Source: Cyanobacteria bacterium P01_F01_bin.150 (GTDB lineage Bacteria > Cyanobacteriota > Cyanobacteriia > CAKZMO01). From it: 64,000 nucleotides of DNA. This document shows, piece after piece, positions 28,285 to 39,148 of this stretch (position 1 is the first letter of the stretch; the number at the start of each line of letters is the position of its first letter). A model generated the notes under the pieces. That model had not been told where the DNA came from, did not search any database, and saw only the letters and a program-made list of their open reading frames with translations. The stretch covers positions 17,348 to 81,347 of the forward strand of contig JBCCYL010000004.1 of NCBI GenBank assembly GCA_039189765.1, read 5' to 3'. The translations under genes were made by a program, and so were the position numbers.

Positions 28285-30261
28285 ATGAAACAGGAGAAGA
28301 TGCCAAAACCATCACCAGAGGCCGCAGCCTGGTCGAACGGCAAACTAATCGCTGTAGTATTAGCATGCTTAAGTGTAGGAGTTATGGGTGTGGCAGCCAT
28401 TCGAGAGGTGACGACGTTTATGGAGAACGCTCCAGTGCTGTTAACCGATCCATTTTTGCAACGCCCGACAGAAACCTCTGTAAACATTGTCTGGTTTACC
28501 GAATTTCCTGGCGTTGAGCATCGAGTGGACTATGGAGAAACTTTATCCTTTAGTGTAGAAGCGACAACAACTCAACTAAGCCGCACCCGTGAAGATGAGC
28601 AGTCTTATATTGGGACGCAACTCGGCGATGGCAGTATCTACAGTCAACCGACATTACGGCCGATTTGGCGGCATGAAGTAGTTATCCCCAATCTCCAAGA
28701 CCATGTTCAGGGTAATAAACAAGATAATGTGCAAGGCGGTGAGCTTAGCCAGGGGCAAAACATTCCTTATCGGGTCACAAGCCTCACCAGAGCCGGACGT
28801 AGGGCAAGCAGTGATATTTTTGCACTTCAGGCGTTGCCACAGATAGGCCAACCGCTCAACATTTTATTAACGTCAGATCATCAGTTAAAGGCAATGACCC
28901 CTGCAAATACACAGGCCGTTGTCGAAACAGTCGGGCGGGTTGATGCAGTACTCATGGCAGGGGATTTAGTAAACATATCCGATCGCGCCTCGGAATGGTT
29001 TGATGACAGTCGGGGAAAAGCTTTTTTCCCCGCACTACAGGGGAGAGCAGGCCCAAAGATTGAGCAAGACGAAGACTCAGCTACTTTTGCCGGTGGAGCA
29101 TTGATCCAGTCTGCTCCAATTTTTACCGCGATTGGCAACCATGAGGTGATGGGGCGGTGGTCAATGACTGATGATTTAAACACTCAGTTTAACGATCCGG
29201 TGCCGAGGGCGATCGCCCAGCAAAATTATCAATCCCAAGCAGATCGCCTTAATCCGGCGAACGATAGTGCTGTTGCCAATAATTGGATGACCAACCAGTC
29301 ATTTAATACGATTACCTACGATGAAATCTTTTCGTTACCTAAAAACGACCAGGGGCATTCCAAATACTACGCCGTTACCTTAGGGAATGTGCGTCTGGTA
29401 GTGCTTTACATCACCAATATTTGGCGTCCCCCAAGCTTACATGCCAGCACCAAAGGTCGCTATCGTGAGGCAGATAACGTTCTCCACGATCAGAGTCGTT
29501 GGGGCTACGGCCAGCATATTTTCGAGCCGATTGGCCCTGGTAGCAAGCAATATGAGTGGCTAGTGCGGGAGGTGCGATCGCCTTCGTTTACAAATGCTAA
29601 ATACAAACTGGTGATGTTTCATCATCCGCCACACTCCCTTGGTGACAACATCGTTCCTGCTTACACAGACCCGGTCCAAATGATTGACCGTTTTGAAGAT
29701 GGCACCATCAAAGCAGTACGCTACGAATATCCTAAACATCAGGATTATTTGATGCAACATGTGGTGCCATTACTCGAATCCGCTGGCGTAGATTTGACGT
29801 TTTTTGGTCATTCCCACGTGTGGAACCGTTTTGTTGGACCGACCGGCATACATTTTCTGGAAAGTTCCAATGTGGGCAATACCTACGGAGCGTTTTGGCG
29901 TAATCGAGCGAACGTGGAACTAGATGGCAGTGAGAAAACGGGCAGTGAGAAAACGGGCAGTGAGAAAACGGGCAGTGAAAAAAACGCCAATGCACTCAGT
30001 GGCCAAGAACGCCGTCATCTTCCCATTGGTTACAGTGAGGACTATGTTCCTTGGGACGATCCCAACGGATTAGAACCTGTGATGCCTAATATTGCCCCAC
30101 TGGTAGATGACTTGGGGCAACCCCAACCTTTTATTGCCAGCAATGACATCACGGTATTCAGTATCTTAAACACTGGTACAGGCTTGGTGAGTAGCTATAG
30201 ATTTGACACTCGAACACCGGAGCAACCTGCAATTAAGTTTGACGAGTTTTCTCTGGATTAA
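28285..30261 (+). CDS. Secreted calcineurin-like metallophosphoesterase (purple-acid-phosphatase-like) with (GSEKT)4 repeat
   Basis: GDLVN, GNHE, and GHSH phosphoesterase motifs; N-terminal TM. Confidence 0.7.
   Translation: MKQEKMPKPSPEAAAWSNGKLIAVVLACLSVGVMGVAAIREVTTFMENAPVLLTDPFLQRPTETSVNIVWFTEFPGVEHRVDYGETLSFSVEATTTQLSRTREDEQSYIGTQLGDGSIYSQPTLRPIWRHEVVIPNLQDHVQGNKQDNVQGGELSQGQNIPYRVTSLTRAGRRASSDIFALQALPQIGQPLNILLTSDHQLKAMTPANTQAVVETVGRVDAVLMAGDLVNISDRASEWFDDSRGKAFFPALQGRAGPKIEQDEDSATFAGGALIQSAPIFTAIGNHEVMGRWSMTDDLNTQFNDPVPRAIAQQNYQSQADRLNPANDSAVANNWMTNQSFNTITYDEIFSLPKNDQGHSKYYAVTLGNVRLVVLYITNIWRPPSLHASTKGRYREADNVLHDQSRWGYGQHIFEPIGPGSKQYEWLVREVRSPSFTNAKYKLVMFHHPPHSLGDNIVPAYTDPVQMIDRFEDGTIKAVRYEYPKHQDYLMQHVVPLLESAGVDLTFFGHSHVWNRFVGPTGIHFLESSNVGNTYGAFWRNRANVELDGSEKTGSEKTGSEKTGSEKNANALSGQERRHLPIGYSEDYVPWDDPNGLEPVMPNIAPLVDDLGQPQPFIASNDITVFSILNTGTGLVSSYRFDTRTPEQPAIKFDEFSLD
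29926..29986. repeat. 15-nt tandem repeat ggcagtgagaaaacg x4 inside phosphoesterase gene
   Basis: seen in sequence. Confidence 0.8.
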
Positions 30262-30276
30262 GATGTATTCGCGATG

Positions 30277-31221
30277 CTACGGAGCAGCCTCACGCAGCGC
30301 ATCAATGTCCTCTCGCTCCAGCGACCAGCCCAAAGCTCCAGCATTTTGCTTCGCTTGTTCAGCATTTTTTGCCCCTGGAATGGGAACAACGTTGCCCTGG
30401 GACATCAGCCAGTTTAGGGCAACCTGGGCCGGGGTGCGGCTATGGGCTTGGGCGATCACGTCCAACCTATCCAGTAATGGGGCCAGCCGCTCTAACCCAC
30501 TACTGCTAAAGCGCGGGTCAATACTACGAGCGCCTTTGGGTTTTACGGCAGAATCCGGAGAATACTTCCCCGTCAGCAGACCTTGAGCTAAAGGACTATA
30601 GGCCAAAATAACAATGCCCAACTCTTTGGCTGCGGCCAACACACCATTTTGCTCAATCTTCCGCTCCAGCAGTGAATACTGCACCTGATTAACTGCCAGG
30701 GGCACGCCTCGTTTGGCCAATAGCTCATGGGCCTTTTTCATTTGGCCTGTGGAATAGTTACTGACCCCAACGGCTTGAATCCGGCCTTGCGCCACTTCAT
30801 CAGCCAGCGCGTTCATCAGAGTGGTTTGACCCATAAAAAAATCGAAGGGCCAGTGGATCTGATACAGCGCCACGCTGGGCACCTGAAGACGCTTTAGGCT
30901 GTCACTCAATGCACTGCTGACTGCATCCGCAGTAAAGCGCCAGGGGAGGGGAAAATATTTGGTGGCAATCATTACCGGCTGCGACGTCTGTTTCAAAAAG
31001 CGACCAATAAGCCGCTCAGATTGTCCAAATCCATAAATTTCTGCCGTGTCAAACAGGGTTACGCCTGCCTCCAAAGCAGTATTAAACGCCTGCTGGAGCT
31101 GCTCGTCGTTATAGTCTTTGCCATAGCTCCAGAAGAAGCTGTCTCCCCAAGCCCAAGTACCGATGCCAAGCGCAGGCACCATCGGCCCATCATTGATCAG
31201 TTGAACCGTTTGTCCTGCCAT
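30277..31221 (-). CDS. Aldo/keto reductase
   Basis: GIGTWAWGD, AKR catalytic tetrad context, PIPG motif. Confidence 0.85.
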   Translation of the reverse strand: MAGQTVQLINDGPMVPALGIGTWAWGDSFFWSYGKDYNDEQLQQAFNTALEAGVTLFDTAEIYGFGQSERLIGRFLKQTSQPVMIATKYFPLPWRFTADAVSSALSDSLKRLQVPSVALYQIHWPFDFFMGQTTLMNALADEVAQGRIQAVGVSNYSTGQMKKAHELLAKRGVPLAVNQVQYSLLERKIEQNGVLAAAKELGIVILAYSPLAQGLLTGKYSPDSAVKPKGARSIDPRFSSSGLERLAPLLDRLDVIAQAHSRTPAQVALNWLMSQGNVVPIPGAKNAEQAKQNAGALGWSLEREDIDALREAAP

Positions 31222-31520
31222 ATTGAATCCCCTAGGTTTCTACTGCTTCTTTTAAGGGGGTGTTGTGGGGTGCTCCGCGCCCCACAACACCATCAAATCC
31301 TTCCCAGCTTAGATAATAGGCTATTAGTCTAACGAATTATGGCTGGGCCAACTGAAGCGATCGCCTCCCTTTTATCCCCGCAACACCGCTATCGGCCTAA
31401 GTAAGACTGAAAAAATAACGATAAAAATGCCCCTGCTTTAACAGCAAGAGCATTACTAATTATGCCACTCTAAATGAAAACTACTCTACGAAAATCATCC
31501 TAGTAAAAGGCTTTAGTTAG

Positions 31521-31994
31521 TTAGCCAAGATTGACTTTTACAACCTTATTCTTTTCTTCTTCTGCTTTTGGAAGCGTTAAAGTTAGGATGCCGTTTTGAT
31601 AATCAGCAGTAACATTTTGGTGGTTAATTCGACCCGGCGTTGCCAGTACTCGCTGGAACGTTCCGTAGCGAAATTCACTGCGGAGGCTGTCATTTCCTTC
31701 GCTGTTGTGCGTTATCTTTCGCTCACCACTAATGGCTACTGAGTCAGCAGTAACTTGGATATCCAATTCATCCTTATTGATACCAGGAAGTTCTAGCCTC
31801 AATTGATAGCCCTCTTCCATTTCTTCAATCTCTGCTGCGGGGGTATAGCCGGAAAAAGTTTTCCAGGCTTGAGACGGAGAAAAAACATCATCAAATAAAC
31901 GATTCATTTCTCGATGTAGGACATCAATTTCACGAGCAGGATTCCAACGAACAATTGTCATAATGTTTATCTCCTTAAATAGATCAATCAACAA
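31521..31994 (-). CDS. Hsp20/alpha-crystallin small heat-shock protein (likely true start at internal Met 31961)
   Basis: alpha-crystallin domain, C-terminal I-x-I-like VKV motif. Confidence 0.85.
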   Translation of the reverse strand: MLIDLFKEINIMTIVRWNPAREIDVLHREMNRLFDDVFSPSQAWKTFSGYTPAAEIEEMEEGYQLRLELPGINKDELDIQVTADSVAISGERKITHNSEGNDSLRSEFRYGTFQRVLATPGRINHQNVTADYQNGILTLTLPKAEEEKNKVVKVNLG

Positions 31995-32464
31995 ATGTTG
32001 TTAACTGTTCAAGGACTGTTTATGTCCTCTGTGTGCTTACAGTATTTATAATAGGATAAGCTCTCTAATTGCTATGTTCGGTTCTCTGGAAAGCTTAATA
32101 GGTGATTCCTTTACAAGCTAATTACAAGTTCATCAAACTAGCTTATAACTTAAGCCGGGAAAGATTGAACGAGTTTCTGGGACGCGGAGCGCCCCAGAAA
32201 CTCGCCTTAAAATACAAGCCATCAAACCGTCTATTGGAAATCTCTTTTACCCTGATTTGGCATTGAACGGGGATGGTTATTAAGCAGGCTCACGTCATGA
32301 TTGAGGTATAGAAGCAAAATAGCTGGTTGACTGACAAAACTATCTAGAATCCTCATCCTGCCTTGGGTCAGGAAAGCTTGCCCCTACCTTGCCCAAATCC
32401 CCTGTAGTGGCGCAGTTTCTGCGCCTAATATTCAAAATTGAGCATTTATTTAAATTCCCATTCC

Positions 32465-33484
32465 TTAGCGTTGGGAATCCTTGACAGGCCTTTCCTTCAT
32501 AAGCTTTCCAAGGGTTTTCTTGCCCTGGACCACCTGATTAATTTGCTCCAATGAATATCCATCCATAATCAACTCCCGCACATCACATCCGATGCGACTA
32601 CTAATCGCACCAATCGATGCACCCTTCATTGATTCCGACGAAGAGGGGGATGGAACAGAGGCATTCACGGACTGTATCGCCTTTTGATAGAGGGCTTGCA
32701 ATAATCCAATATTGGCAACCCGCCACGGCAGGAGATTCACTACAGCACGTTGACTGTCTTTGGCGAACACCACAAACTTGCCTTTGGCATCACAAGCTAA
32801 TGTGTGGATAGATTGTAAGGGAATTTGAGTTTTATCAAAGGTGAGGCCCGCTTGACTAAACGCGACATCTCCAAACATTAAAGGCTCTCCAGATTGAAAC
32901 TGTTGCCAAGTTTTGTCCCACAGCTCTTGGGTGACGATGGTTTCTAAGTCAGAACCGAGCTGTCGAATCCGCTTCAACCCAGTTAGATGGACCTTCTGTC
33001 CCGACTGTAGAATCAAGTTATAGCGCCAGGAGAGAGGCGGACGGTGTCGCCGACCATAGTGGGGCACCTGCCGAATTTCTGCGATCAGACTGAAGGGAAT
33101 GATATCTCTCTTAATACCTCGATGATAGATTAATCCACTGTCATATACCTCGACTTTGAGACTCGCTTCCCACCAGGCATAAATGCCGCTGAAGCATGCG
33201 ATCGCCCCTAATAATGCAGCAATCGTAACGCCTATGGCACTGGGATTGACCGCTATGGAAAATCCTGCCAAACAGAAGAGTCCGATCGCCATCCCTCGCA
33301 TAAGTCCCACACTAGCTGCTGCCGCCGGAAACGTGGAGCGGTAGTCCCCTAAGACAGAGTGGTTGATTTGATTCGCTGTTTCCATCTTCAGTTCAATACT
33401 TATAGATAAAAAAGGCCAAACATCATAGACGGTCACGGTGGCTCCGCCTATTTTCCTGAGTATGTCACACCATGTTTGCGGCAT
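32465..33484 (-). CDS. Hypothetical membrane protein
   Basis: two TM helices near N-terminus; no motif recognised. Confidence 0.4.
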   Translation of the reverse strand: MPQTWCDILRKIGGATVTVYDVWPFLSISIELKMETANQINHSVLGDYRSTFPAAAASVGLMRGMAIGLFCLAGFSIAVNPSAIGVTIAALLGAIACFSGIYAWWEASLKVEVYDSGLIYHRGIKRDIIPFSLIAEIRQVPHYGRRHRPPLSWRYNLILQSGQKVHLTGLKRIRQLGSDLETIVTQELWDKTWQQFQSGEPLMFGDVAFSQAGLTFDKTQIPLQSIHTLACDAKGKFVVFAKDSQRAVVNLLPWRVANIGLLQALYQKAIQSVNASVPSPSSSESMKGASIGAISSRIGCDVRELIMDGYSLEQINQVVQGKKTLGKLMKERPVKDSQR

Positions 33485-33530
33485 TTTAAGTGAGGACTAA
33501 TTTTTAATAAAATCCAGCATCAATCGGTCA

Positions 33531-34862
33531 GTGACCTGCAAAAATCAGTCACAAGACACTGAACAATGGTCTATGGCCAAAACACTCAAAATGGGACTGA
33601 TCATTTGGGCTGCTTTGATAGGGGGGCTGCTGCTTTTGGCTGGCCTTGCCGTCTCCGCTTACTTTCTGGCGGACCCCAATCGGACGTTCTATCAGAAACG
33701 ATTCTATGCCATTGTCAGCCAACCCCAGTTACCGGATACTGGCGACTCAATTATTTTAGAAGGCTGGCATGAAACCAAGCGCGATCGCCGTAATCCTGTT
33801 TATTCCAAAGGTAGCGAAGCGGTCAATGGATTGTTTTTTATTAACTTGAACCAGCCCCAACTGACCCATTGGGTCGAATCTGTTCCATCTAGGCCCTTTG
33901 ACCAGAACAATACCTCTCAAATTATTGGGCAAGGACACCGTCCTAAGCAGATGACTCTTTTGCCAGACGGCACCTACACCCTGCAATCCTATCCCGATGC
34001 CCTACAGCAACGATTGAACCAAGGCGATATCATCACCATTGCGTTAGCTGCGGACGGTCAGGCGTTGGCCTATACGAAGAGCGATCGCCATGCTCCCATT
34101 GTGATTGACCCACTGGATGGGTCCCCTGGGCAGGAAATTTTGGCCGATTTTCCAGACATGATCCAGACCCTGATCTGGAGCCATGACGGTCAGTCTTTAA
34201 TTCTATCCAGTTGTGACGTGACCACCCATGGGGGACAGGAGCCAGGAACGCTAGCCTCTTTATATCGCGTCAATGCTGACGGTACCGGACTACAGCAATT
34301 GACGCTGGAATCTGAGCCAGCCACTTGTCATCAGCACAGCGGTATCGTCAATGACCTGATCAGCCTCCCAGACGGTAACCTAATCTATGTTTATGGCGAT
34401 ACGGGCAGCCATCACCATTGGCAACCGCAAGCGATCGTTCTCCTGAACCCTAAAACGGGCGAACGCCAGCAGCTAGAGTCCATTCAAACGGGCTTTGCCC
34501 ATCTCAAACTGCTGCAGGATCAGCATACTATTGCCTATTTGCATCAAGGGGCACTCTATCGTCGTCCTCTCACCGACTCTGGAACGACCGACTCTGGGAC
34601 TGCTGAACTGATTTTTGCCCATCCAGATGGAAGGATTATCGACTTTGTTGAATCGCCAGACGCGCAACAATTTGCCTATAAAGTGGTCTTTGATCATGAG
34701 TCAATTTTTGTACATCCCAGTGATACCTGGAGTCCCGGTATGGGTGGAGTTTCCTTTTTCAATGCTGAAGTATGGGTTGTGAATGCCAATGGAACCGCTT
34801 CACGACCACTGATCGATCAACATATCAACCCTAAGTTGATCGACTGGTATGGCGGTATCTAA
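33531..34862 (+). CDS. Hypothetical secreted/membrane-anchored protein, probable beta-propeller (TolB-like) fold
   Basis: N-terminal TM; repeated D-G-(S/T) propeller-like segments. Confidence 0.4.
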   Translation: MTCKNQSQDTEQWSMAKTLKMGLIIWAALIGGLLLLAGLAVSAYFLADPNRTFYQKRFYAIVSQPQLPDTGDSIILEGWHETKRDRRNPVYSKGSEAVNGLFFINLNQPQLTHWVESVPSRPFDQNNTSQIIGQGHRPKQMTLLPDGTYTLQSYPDALQQRLNQGDIITIALAADGQALAYTKSDRHAPIVIDPLDGSPGQEILADFPDMIQTLIWSHDGQSLILSSCDVTTHGGQEPGTLASLYRVNADGTGLQQLTLESEPATCHQHSGIVNDLISLPDGNLIYVYGDTGSHHHWQPQAIVLLNPKTGERQQLESIQTGFAHLKLLQDQHTIAYLHQGALYRRPLTDSGTTDSGTAELIFAHPDGRIIDFVESPDAQQFAYKVVFDHESIFVHPSDTWSPGMGGVSFFNAEVWVVNANGTASRPLIDQHINPKLIDWYGGI

Positions 34863-34959
34863 TCGCGTTAAGTACAGTTGTTGTGTGGGGTGCGAACACA
34901 CAACAACAAAACATCACACAACTAATGCTGCCTACCGGACATCCCCATCGCAAGGGTCT

Positions 34960-36459
34960 TTAAACAAAATCAGCCCGATTGATTTGATTGGCCCTGACGC
35001 CTTTAAGGACCGCCAGATCATCATTACCGTCACTGATCATCAGATTTTTCCCTTTTTGGGTGAACGTCACATCTTGGAAACCCAATCGTTTGGGCAGGGA
35101 TAATTTATCTTGGCCATTCTTGAAATCCTGAACCAGGTCAAATCCCGGCCCTTTACTTAGAACGAACACATCGTTGCCTTTCCCCCCCTTGACCTTGTCT
35201 TTGTTTTTGCCACCTATTAAGCGATCGTTGCCGTTGCCGCCGACCAGATTATCGTTACCCGTGCCCGCCTTGAGCAGATCATCGCCATTGCCACCTTTAA
35301 GTCGATCGTTATCTCCACCTCCAATGAGAACGTCATCGTTATCCAGACCAAAAAGCTTATCTTTTCCCTTTTTGCCAATGATCCGGTTTTTGCCTGCATC
35401 TCCAATTAGGCGATCGCCCTTCTTCGTTCCCACAATTTTGGCTTGAAAAGAGGGTGGCACAACAGGCTCCTGGTTATTGCCAGGATTGGTAGGAGGCGGG
35501 GAAACAGGTGTCTCGGTATTGTTGCCAGGATTGTTAGAGGGCGGTGGGTTGCTCGTACTGCCATAGCCGAAGGTACTGGTTGTTCGTTCATCAACACGAC
35601 CACTTGCAGAGTTATCTTTATCGACGCTGGAGGTGGCCAGTTGACCGCTACTGTTGTAGGTCAGGAGGGTGGTGGTGCGTTCATCTGTAGTGTCATCACC
35701 ATTATTGTCTCGATTGTTGATGACGGACGTCACTCGGCCATCTGTATAGCTGAATGTAAGACTGTTACGAAAAATCGCGTTCGTGCCCTGACTAATCGTG
35801 TTGACAACAGAGGTGAGTTGACCACTGGTGTTGTAGCTAAATGCGATATTTGCAGTAGATTCAACAAAGCCATCATTATTATTATCAAATTCTCGCTCAA
35901 TGCTGGTTAATTGGTTGCCGTTAAAAACAGAGGTTTCTACCAACCTAGAGGTTGAGTCGATCACGCCATCTGCATTGGAATCAGTCTCAGTAACCATTGT
36001 CACCGTGTTGCCGCCATTGGTGTAGGTCAAAATAGAGGTGTTTTGACAGTCAATTTGGCCATCAAAATTGGTATCCAAGGTGGTAATAACTGAAGTGGGG
36101 GCATTCCCGCCATTGCCGTAGATGGAGCTGGATATAGAGCGAACGTTCGTTTGGCCATCCCCAGTCGTGTCAATATCCAGGGTGAAACCATCTAATTCAT
36201 CGCTGCTGTTGTAGGAATTACTAATCTCGATATTGTTTTCGACCGTGCCATTGGCTCCGTTATCAATCTCTAAAGATTGAGAGAGGTTGTTGCCCCCAGC
36301 ATCATAGGCATAGGTGCCGCTCGTTCGTCGCTCAATAGATCCATCTGCACCCAAATCTTCATCTATTGTTGCAGTCGTGTAGCTTGTCTGAATGGCAGAA
36401 ACTTGACCCGGCAAATTAAACGGATCAAGCGTCCTGTAATCAATTTCAGGAATGGCCAT
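34960..36459 (-). CDS. Calcium-binding protein with RTX (hemolysin-type) nonapeptide repeats
   Basis: GGDNDRLKGGNGDDLLKAGTGNDNLVGGNGNDRLIGG repeats at C-terminus; Thr/Ser/Asn-rich repetitive N-terminal region. Confidence 0.7.
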   Translation of the reverse strand: MAIPEIDYRTLDPFNLPGQVSAIQTSYTTATIDEDLGADGSIERRTSGTYAYDAGGNNLSQSLEIDNGANGTVENNIEISNSYNSSDELDGFTLDIDTTGDGQTNVRSISSSIYGNGGNAPTSVITTLDTNFDGQIDCQNTSILTYTNGGNTVTMVTETDSNADGVIDSTSRLVETSVFNGNQLTSIEREFDNNNDGFVESTANIAFSYNTSGQLTSVVNTISQGTNAIFRNSLTFSYTDGRVTSVINNRDNNGDDTTDERTTTLLTYNSSGQLATSSVDKDNSASGRVDERTTSTFGYGSTSNPPPSNNPGNNTETPVSPPPTNPGNNQEPVVPPSFQAKIVGTKKGDRLIGDAGKNRIIGKKGKDKLFGLDNDDVLIGGGDNDRLKGGNGDDLLKAGTGNDNLVGGNGNDRLIGGKNKDKVKGGKGNDVFVLSKGPGFDLVQDFKNGQDKLSLPKRLGFQDVTFTQKGKNLMISDGNDDLAVLKGVRANQINRADFV

Positions 36460-36689
36460 GGGGATTCTCCTTCAGTACGTGATGATTGAAATAATGGGGT
36501 ATCCAATTTGAGGATCGATACCCGTAATCACACGAAAGAGTATAAGGAGTGACAGAATAGCACCCGAAGAATTAACCTAAAGTATTAATTTTCTATGGAG
36601 GAATTTTGTTACAATCCCTTTGTAACGCAAATTGCATTACGACTTTTAAAGTAGCAGCGAACAATGATCTTTGAGACAAAGGAACTACG

Positions 36690-38189
36690 CTACGTCGCTC
36701 CTGAAAACGCAGCCCCAATCGCATCGACTACTCGTTTAACGTGAATGATATCCATCTCAATTTCTATTTCTGGTGATGCGGCAGGAATGATAGCCCTCGT
36801 AAATCCTAGCTTGAGTGCTTCTCTGAGTCGCCGCTCCATTTGGGATACAGCCCGGACTTGACCTCCCAAACCCACCTCTCCAATTAGGACGGTGCCCGAG
36901 TCGACAACGCGATCGCGAAAACTTGCCGCTACCGCCACTGCAACGCCCAAATCAGCAGCAGGTTCTCCCACATTTAGCCCTCCAGATGAGGCAACATAGG
37001 CATCTAACTTAGACAGGGGAATCCCCACCCGCTTTTCCAACACGGCTAAAATTTGCAGCAATCGATTATATTCAATACCTGTGGTTGAGCGACGTGGGGA
37101 CGCATAGCTGGTGGGACTGACTAAGGCCTGTAGCTCTACCAGCAGAGGACGGGTTCCTTCACAGGCCACAATAGTAGCAATCCCAGGCACCTGTTCGTCT
37201 TGATTGCCCATAAACAGCTCGGAAGGATTTAACACCTCGGTCAGCCCCTGGTCTGCCATCTCGAACACTCCCAATTCTTGGGTTGCCCCAAAGCGATTTT
37301 TCACCGAGCGCAACAGGCGATGGCTGGCAAAGCGATCGCCTTCAAAATACAGCACCGTATCCACCAAGTGTTCCAAAACTTTGGGGCCTGCGATCGCGCC
37401 CTCTTTTGTGACATGGCCCACAATCAACAGAGTAATATTGTCCCGTTTAGCAATATGCATTAAAGCCGAGGTGCATTCTCGAACTTGGGACACTGAACCA
37501 GGGGCAGAATTTAAAGCTGAAAAGTAAAGGGCTTGGATGCTATCAATAATAGCAACTTCAGGATGTAACGAATTGAGTTCCGCAAGCACTGTCTCCAAAT
37601 TTGTTTCCGGCAACACGTAAAAGTCCTGTTCAGCTACAGCAGCGTTTTTTTTAGGTTTAGGTTTAGCTTCATTTTTAGGGTTAGCTAATGTTGAGCTAGA
37701 TTGGGTTACCCCTAGCCGCTGGGCACGGAGCTTAACCTGCTGCCCCGATTCTTCGGCACAGACGTAAAGAACAGTGTGCGATCGCCCTAGCTGATTAGCC
37801 ACTTGTAGCAACAGCGTTGATTTCCCAATGCCCGGATCGCCACCGACTAAGACTAACGAGCCTGGAACCATCCCTCCGCCAAGGACCCGATCTAGCTCTC
37901 CATAGCCAGAAGAGAGGCGTGTAAAGGTGTGGTCAGTAATTTGGGGCAATGTTAATGACACCAGCGGCTTGGGTTTCGCAGAAGAAGAGGCTGTCCGCCC
38001 AGACTGCACCAATGCGGTTCTTGCTTCCCCGATTGCCCCGGCAGATCGCAAGGATGACTTAGATGGGGTTTCTGGAATGGCTTCCTCCACCATCGAATTC
38101 CAGCTACCGCAAGCAGGACATTTGCCAAAATATTGGTGAGAATCGGCACCACATTCCTGACATACATACCGAGAACGAGCTTTAGGCAT
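36690..38189 (-). CDS. radA: DNA repair protein RadA (Sms)
   Basis: N-terminal C4 zinc finger, Walker A GDPGIGKSTLLLQ, KNRFG motif, Lon-like C-terminus. Confidence 0.9.
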   Translation of the reverse strand: MPKARSRYVCQECGADSHQYFGKCPACGSWNSMVEEAIPETPSKSSLRSAGAIGEARTALVQSGRTASSSAKPKPLVSLTLPQITDHTFTRLSSGYGELDRVLGGGMVPGSLVLVGGDPGIGKSTLLLQVANQLGRSHTVLYVCAEESGQQVKLRAQRLGVTQSSSTLANPKNEAKPKPKKNAAVAEQDFYVLPETNLETVLAELNSLHPEVAIIDSIQALYFSALNSAPGSVSQVRECTSALMHIAKRDNITLLIVGHVTKEGAIAGPKVLEHLVDTVLYFEGDRFASHRLLRSVKNRFGATQELGVFEMADQGLTEVLNPSELFMGNQDEQVPGIATIVACEGTRPLLVELQALVSPTSYASPRRSTTGIEYNRLLQILAVLEKRVGIPLSKLDAYVASSGGLNVGEPAADLGVAVAVAASFRDRVVDSGTVLIGEVGLGGQVRAVSQMERRLREALKLGFTRAIIPAASPEIEIEMDIIHVKRVVDAIGAAFSGAT

Positions 38190-38204
38190 GATTAATTTAA
38201 ACCT

Positions 38205-38365
38205 AACCTTTTACGCAGGGATATCAACGTAAGGAGGGAAATAGGGGCGCGACGCGCCCCCATTTCCCACAAACTTGTTCCGCCTTAAGTTGGAACCCAT
38301 ACTAGAGTACCAACTTAAGGTGGGAAATGGACGCGACGCGCCCATTTCCCACAAACTTGTTCCAC
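38205..38365. repeat. Two tandem copies of dispersed palindromic repeat (gggaaat-ggggcgcgacgcgcccc-atttccc ... cttaagttgg)
   Basis: seen in sequence. Confidence 0.6.
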
Positions 38366-38385
38366 AACTCAATCAGGCTGCTGGC

Positions 38386-38943
38386 TTAATCCTTATAGTC
38401 AATGGTGAATGATATCTCTGGTTTAGCAACAGGGGAATTAATAAATGTAGGTAGTTGAGGGTCTGAGGACTTAGCCTCCTCATGCTGCTCAGAACATCTA
38501 TTTTTAGGCGATAGAACCTGTGTGGATGCATGCTTCCTCGAGGGTGAAGCCGCGACCTTTCTTTGTCCCGGAGTCCTATGGGAAGCCGTGGGAGAAATCT
38601 TAGGGGAAGCCGTAGGAGAAATCTTAGGGGAAATCGAGCGATCGCGCTTTCCAATTAGGTTGGGCAGGGATGGTGAAACGGCTCTTTGGGGTTTAGAGCA
38701 TTTCTCTCGGCTGTCATCTATTGTTCTGCCACGCGTTGTCGTTTGAGCCTCAGGCATAGAAGGCAATAGATTATTAGCCATCTTTTCATCCGCATCAATC
38801 ACCTGCACCTGGGGCAAATCAAGGCCCTTGGACAATGCCCTGGGTTTCTGGCGATTAGATGCGAACGCCAAGATAGCACCGCCCAGAGCGACGATAGGAA
38901 AGGGTAAATCAACCAAAGGAAGCCAGCTAATCACCATTATCAT
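38386..38943 (-). CDS. Hypothetical membrane protein containing 24-nt tandem repeat (ISPKISPTAS)2
   Basis: N-terminal TM; repeat at 38588..38635. Confidence 0.3.
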   Translation of the reverse strand: MIMVISWLPLVDLPFPIVALGGAILAFASNRQKPRALSKGLDLPQVQVIDADEKMANNLLPSMPEAQTTTRGRTIDDSREKCSKPQRAVSPSLPNLIGKRDRSISPKISPTASPKISPTASHRTPGQRKVAASPSRKHASTQVLSPKNRCSEQHEEAKSSDPQLPTFINSPVAKPEISFTIDYKD

Positions 38944-39148
38944 GCATGGGTTATCGACAAAGCACAGCCATCATCATGTTAGTTAAGATATGATTTCCCT
39001 TCACTGGGCGAAGGGAAATCATATTTATGTTCAAATAGTGTCCACTGGCTATATGACCGGATCGTATCATTCTTAACACAAAAAAACACATAGATTTGGG
39101 CGTAAAATAAGTTGCCGTATGAGCCCAACTTAAACCGAGGAGTTACCC

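Noticed and set aside
29732-29995. Minus-strand ORF encoding HCPFSHCPFSHCPFSH
   Set aside because: Antisense translation of the 15-nt tandem repeat inside the phosphoesterase gene.
35174-35910. Plus-strand Pro/Arg-rich ORFs inside the RTX gene region
   Set aside because: Antisense of the GGxGxD repeat-rich gene. Low-complexity artefacts.
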